DNA from: Macrostomum hystrix
Taxonomy: Eukaryota > Animalia > Platyhelminthes
Direction of reading: 5' to 3'
Assembly: GCA_950097015.1 (NCBI GenBank)
Contig: CATNEN010000033.1
Coordinates: 2,604,001 to 2,668,000 of the forward strand
DNA length: 64,000 nt
Below, piece after piece: positions 59,339 through 64,000 of this stretch. The notes beneath the pieces are model-generated. The model saw nothing but the letters and a program-made list of their open reading frames with translations. It did no database searches and was not told the DNA's origin. The number at the start of each line of letters is the position of its first letter. Within the stretch, counting starts at the first letter, position 1. Made by a program: the position numbers and the translations under genes.

Positions 59339-62300
59339 ATGGAATCCAATCATTGGTCACCTAATCGGCCAGCACGCAAGCCTCCAGATGCATCCACAAG
59401 CCTGCTTCAACATCTCCTAAACGATGCACCAATTTCAATGCTAGAGATGCAAAATCTTCTATTTGATGATCCACAGTCTAAACAAATGCAAGATGGAGTC
59501 CAAGTCATCGACCCGAAGGCGCCACTGATTGCCGCGTCTGATCAGGTGCAAGATGGAGTCCAAGTCATCGACCCGAAGGCGCCACTGATTGCCGCGTCTG
59601 ATCAGGTGCAAGATGGAGTCCAAGTCATCGACCCGAAGGCGCCACTGATTGCCGCGTCTGATCAGGTGCAAGATGGAGTCCAAGTCATCGACCCGAAGGC
59701 GTCGCTTACTGCCGCGTCTGATCAGGTGCAAGATGGAGTCCAAGTCATCGACCCGAAGGCGCCACTGATTGTCGCGTCTGATCAGGTGCAAGATGGAGTC
59801 CAAGTCATCGACCCGAAGGCGCCACTGATTGCCGCGTCTGATCAGGTGCAAGATGGAGTCCAAGTCATCAACCCGAAGGCGTCGCTTACTGTCGCGTCTG
59901 ATCAGGTGCAAGATGGAGTCCAAGTCATCGACCTGAAGGCGTCGCTTACTGCCGCGTCTGATCAGGTGCAAGATGGAGTCCAAGTCATCGACCTGAAGGC
60001 GTCGCTTACTGCCGCGTCTGATCAGGTACAAGTGACAAGCCAAGTCAGTAAGAGGAAAGTAGGTGCAAATAGTAATTCAAAAGTCCGGCTCTACAATGAA
60101 ACCGACTGTGACCTCGACGCTGATGAGGCATCACAGTCTCTATCATCGAGTATTTTCCGTCTGCAGCGTCGTCGATTATCGATGATAATCGCTGTGTGAA
60201 AATGGACAAGTCTCTTCGATCGATCGGAAACATTGCCAGTTCCAAAAGGACTATATTGAAGCCGCGTCAAGGCGTTGACTATGTATGTCATGTCGATCCA
60301 ACGCACATTATTAAGGCATCAAGAATTAGGCAACATTTTTTTAGGAAGCATGAAGCTCAGATGTTGGAATATGCTTCCTTTGATGACCTTAGAGAGGAGT
60401 TAATTTCATTCAACGAAAAGCGATTTGGTAAGCTGCATAAAGTTAAGAGGAATACCGACAAATCAACAAAGCGACAAGGCAAGGATTACAGGTGCCACTT
60501 AGACAAGTGTCATTTAATAAAAAAATCCAGATTTCTAGAACACTACAAGCTATTTCATGCCGACGAGCTCAGATCTGAGGGCCGCAAGAGTCTCATTGAA
60601 AAAAGTAAGAGATTTACTATCCAGTTTCTTGCTGCCGAAGATGCACAGAGTTCTACTACACAGATGCCGAGGGACTGTGAACTGCAGAAGTCGCTTGATG
60701 TCGAAAACTCAACTGAATCGACAGATGAAGATAAAGAAGAACATCTGATAGCCACATCTTCAAATGCAGTTGGTGTTTGTCCACGCTGTGAAATCCCTGT
60801 GACTAACATTTCAAGCCACCTGAAAAACTGGCACAAAATGAGCTCCGAAGAAGCAAAAGAGTGCATTGCTGGAGTGAAGGAGAAAATCGTCTCGTCATAT
60901 GTTTCAAGTAGCTGGATGGCGAAATCTGCGCACGCTAGTTCATCTGCTGCAGCTGAAGAAGAATGGAGTTCTGAGCCAACTTCGGAAAGTTTCTACAATC
61001 ATCTAAGGTTGTTTAGTGGTGGGAAATTTGCCGAGTCAACTGCTAAGCAGTCACGAAGGTCTCTCGATAAAATTATGTCGGTTCTTGGAGTTGTTCGACC
61101 ACTAGAGATTATTAGAGAGAAGCATCGCTCTCAAATAACCGTCTTCCTAACTGGCAAATCCAATTCATTCTCCGACGGCACGAAGTCCTACGTTGAAGGA
61201 TTAAAGCGCTTTGGCCAATATCTAAAGAGCTCATTCTCAAGGCTTGTTTCCAGCAACGGATTGTCAAGTGACTTAGAATCATTTCTATGCACATGTCATA
61301 GTTACGGAAAGTCCAGAGTCCGCGACAAAAAAATCGCCGAAGCAAAGCGCAGGCGCAAATTAGACAAGAGCCTTCTTTCTGTGAACGAACTAAATGTTTG
61401 CTTAAACGTCCTTGAGTTCTTTCGAAAAGCCGCCGAATCGACGTCTGTTGGATCTCAACAGCATCTTTTGTTCCTTGGCCTTCACTTCATTTTCGGCAAA
61501 GCAAACTTTCATCGCGCGGACGCTGTGTCGAACGCAAAGATGGAGCAATTTTTCGAGTGGAAGAGGGATTTGGAGAACGATCCCGATGCCATGTTTGAGG
61601 TTGTGGACCATAAAACCTCGACACAAGGTGCTATTTTCGTATCTGTTTCTGAAGTTAAGGAAAGCTTGCTGGCCTATGGTGAGTTCAGGCTGAATTGTGG
61701 CGCTGTTCTCTCAGATTTTTTCTTCGATTACGGTCGTCAAGTCGCGGGCCACTCCTTTTCGACTTTCCTGCGTAGTCTACGCCGCACTTACCCGATCTTG
61801 AACGATCTGAAGCAGTTCGACGTCAAATTTTTTCGACACTTTTTCACCACAAAAGGTCGAGAGCACCTAAACGAAGAAAAGCAAAGTGTACTGCACAAGC
61901 GAATGAATCATACAAAGCAAGTAGCAGTGCAAAGCTACATGGCTACTACGTCTAGTCTAGCCAAAGAAGGTGAAAAAGTTGCAAAAGAGCTTTTCGATAT
62001 CGCTCTTTCAGAGCCATGCAAAGAAGTGAGCCAGGTGGCTCTAGAGTCTGAAGTCGAAGTGAGGACTCCTGAGTTTGTCAGTGAGGCACAGAATGCTGAT
62101 ATGAAGAAAAGTAAAACTGCAGCTAGCAAAGGTGCATCTAAGCGAGTTCACCTAAGCCGCCAGATCAGTACTAAAGTCCGCAAGAATCGAGCCAAGTCGC
62201 AGGATCCGAAGACCTTCAAAACTATTAATCATGGAAGACGTTCAAAGGCGCAAGCCATTTCAAGAATAGTATCATCACTAATTCATCCAAATGATCAGTC

Positions 62301-62643
62301 AACGCTAGTGCAGGAGCAGGAACAACCGCGAACGTTTGCAGAGGGTGACGTCGTCTTGGCAAAACTAAAAAGTTTTCCTTGGTGGCCAGCACTAGTTTGC
62401 CGCGAGCAAAAAAGTAACGCTTTTTCTCGCATTGCTTCCAGTGGCAATCATTTTCTGCATGTTCAGTTTTTCGAGGAACCACCTACTCGAGAGTGGATAA
62501 CTTACAAAAACGTGAAACCGTTTAGTCCGACTGACGCCTCTGCTGACTGCAGTAATGATCCTGTTCTGTTGGCGGGAATGAACTCAGCACGACAAAGCCT
62601 GATGTTAAGCAAAGTGAATCGACTAAATATAGCTAAGTCGTAG
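59339..62643 (+). CDS. Tyrosine recombinase (Crypton-like) fused to 20-aa repeats, C2H2-like fingers and a C-terminal PWWP domain; ~1061 aa if spliced
   Basis: Exons 59339-60047 and 60167-62643 via intron GTAAGA...TTTTCCGTCTGCAG (phase 1); YR motifs NFHRADAV (R 61513), DHKT (K 61612), KFFRHFFTT (R 61834), MNHT (H 61909), VQSY (Y 61936); PWWP FAEGDVVLAKLKSFPWWPALV (62377-62388). Confidence 0.75.
59488..60027 (+). repeat. In-frame 60-bp coding repeat x9 (QDGVQVIDPKAPLIAASDQV)
   Basis: Exact 60-nt period inside ORF 59270-60199. Confidence 0.95.
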
Positions 62644-63486
62644 TCTGTTTTTAACAATAACTCAACCTGTAGTACATTTTTTCACTTCTGGAATCGTCAA
62701 AATGGTTCCTGTACTTATTTGCACAGTAAAGGGAATATTAGAAACTCCAAACTAAAGCAAGCATAATTTCACTCATGCTGTATCCATAAAATCATGCTAA
62801 TCATTTAACTACCAAATTAGAAGCTCAAAATGGAGAAAAAAGTAGTGTCGTTTTTTGTCATGTGCCATTGATCGTGATTGCAATCACCAAGATACTCGTA
62901 ATTTTCTATGTTCGAAAAGTTCTGTTTTTGCGAGTTTAACACATTTTTTTAAACGTCTAAACTTTTCTAGCAAAGTTGCATAAAATATTTGATATTATAC
63001 GAGCTATTAGCTAAAATCCTAAGCGCTGACTGTGTAAAGCAATAAGTCAACGTTAATGAACCTAAAATTGTCTAAGGCTTCTAAGAAAAATTCACTAGCA
63101 TTCATGAGGCTTTTCACGAAGCGATTCCAGAACCAGAATTATACAAGAAAAATAGCGTTATAACTAATGACTGTTAATAACACGATAAAGCAAGAAGATT
63201 CGATTTTATACGATTTTTAGCCACTTTTATTATTATAGTCAATCTTTCTCAAAAGTTTCTGAATATCTCTCGACTATTTCTCATCTAGGTGCTGAAAAGT
63301 TATAATTGACAAAATGGTTCTGGTTCTGGAATCGGCACCGACAGTACGAAAAGCCTACTTGACATCGTTCAAGCAATCGCTAATAATTTACTAATTTACT
63401 GCTTTCGTTCCGTTTCGTTTTTCATAATGTATCTAATGGCGTTTCGTTTCGGGCTCAAATGCTTTTCGTAATCTCGTTCACTGGTT

Positions 63487-64000
63487 CTTTAATGTTTCAT
63501 TATATTTCATCATGTATTGAGCTCTAATTTTTGCGTCATCTCAATCACAGTTCTTTAATGTTTAATTATATTTCATCATGTATTGAGCTCTAATTTTTGC
63601 GTCATCTCAATCACAGTTCTTTAATGTTTCATTATATTTCATCATGTATTGAGCTCTAATTTTTGCGTTATCTCAATCACAGTTCTTTAATGTTTAATTA
63701 TATTTCATCATGTATTGAGCTCTAATTTTTGCGTCATCTCAATCACAGTTCTTTAATGTTTCATTATATTTCATCATGTATTGAGCTCTAATTTTTGCGT
63801 TATCTCAATCACAGTTCTTTAATGTTTCATTATATTTCATCATGTATTGAGCTCTAATTTTTGCGTCATCTCAATCACAGTTCTTTAATGTTTCATTATA
63901 TTTCATCATGTATTGAGCTCTAATTTTTGCGTCATCTCAATCACAGTTCTTTAATGTTTCATTATATTTCATCATGTATTGAGCTCTAATTTTTGCGTCA
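63487..64000. repeat. 66-bp tandem array (x>=7.8, runs off the window) downstream of the recombinase gene
   Basis: Unit TCTTTAATGTTTCATTATATTTCATCATGTATTGAGCTCTAATTTTTGCGTCATCTCAATCACAGT. Confidence 0.95.

Overview
Eukaryotic (animal) genomic DNA with GC-rich exons, poly-Ala/Gln tracts and introns packed with minisatellites. The style resembles a free-living flatworm such as Macrostomum; this is an inference, not verified. Host genes: a small single-pass membrane protein, a 14-exon KIF28/KLP-6-type kinesin-3 (-) whose first intron is a minor-class AT-AC intron and which ends in a CaaX box, an intronless cornichon (CNIH4-like), FoxL1, a RING-bearing brat (TRIM-NHL), an unidentified multi-exon gene and an SLC52 riboflavin transporter. 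Mobile DNA is dense, and most boundaries are resolvable by target-site duplications (TSDs): tRNA-derived SINEs, three Merlin (IS1595/IS1016-like) elements, three copies of a CATACATG MITE, a long-TIR MITE, a 5'-truncated RTE-like LINE and an internally deleted P/THAP element. The most unusual object is at 59.3-62.6 kb. It is a probably spliced ~1060-aa gene joining a 20-aa repeat, three C2H2-like fingers, a tyrosine-recombinase domain and a C-terminal PWWP chromatin reader. It is bracketed by 57-bp and 66-bp tandem arrays and looks like a Crypton-like element with possible chromatin targeting.
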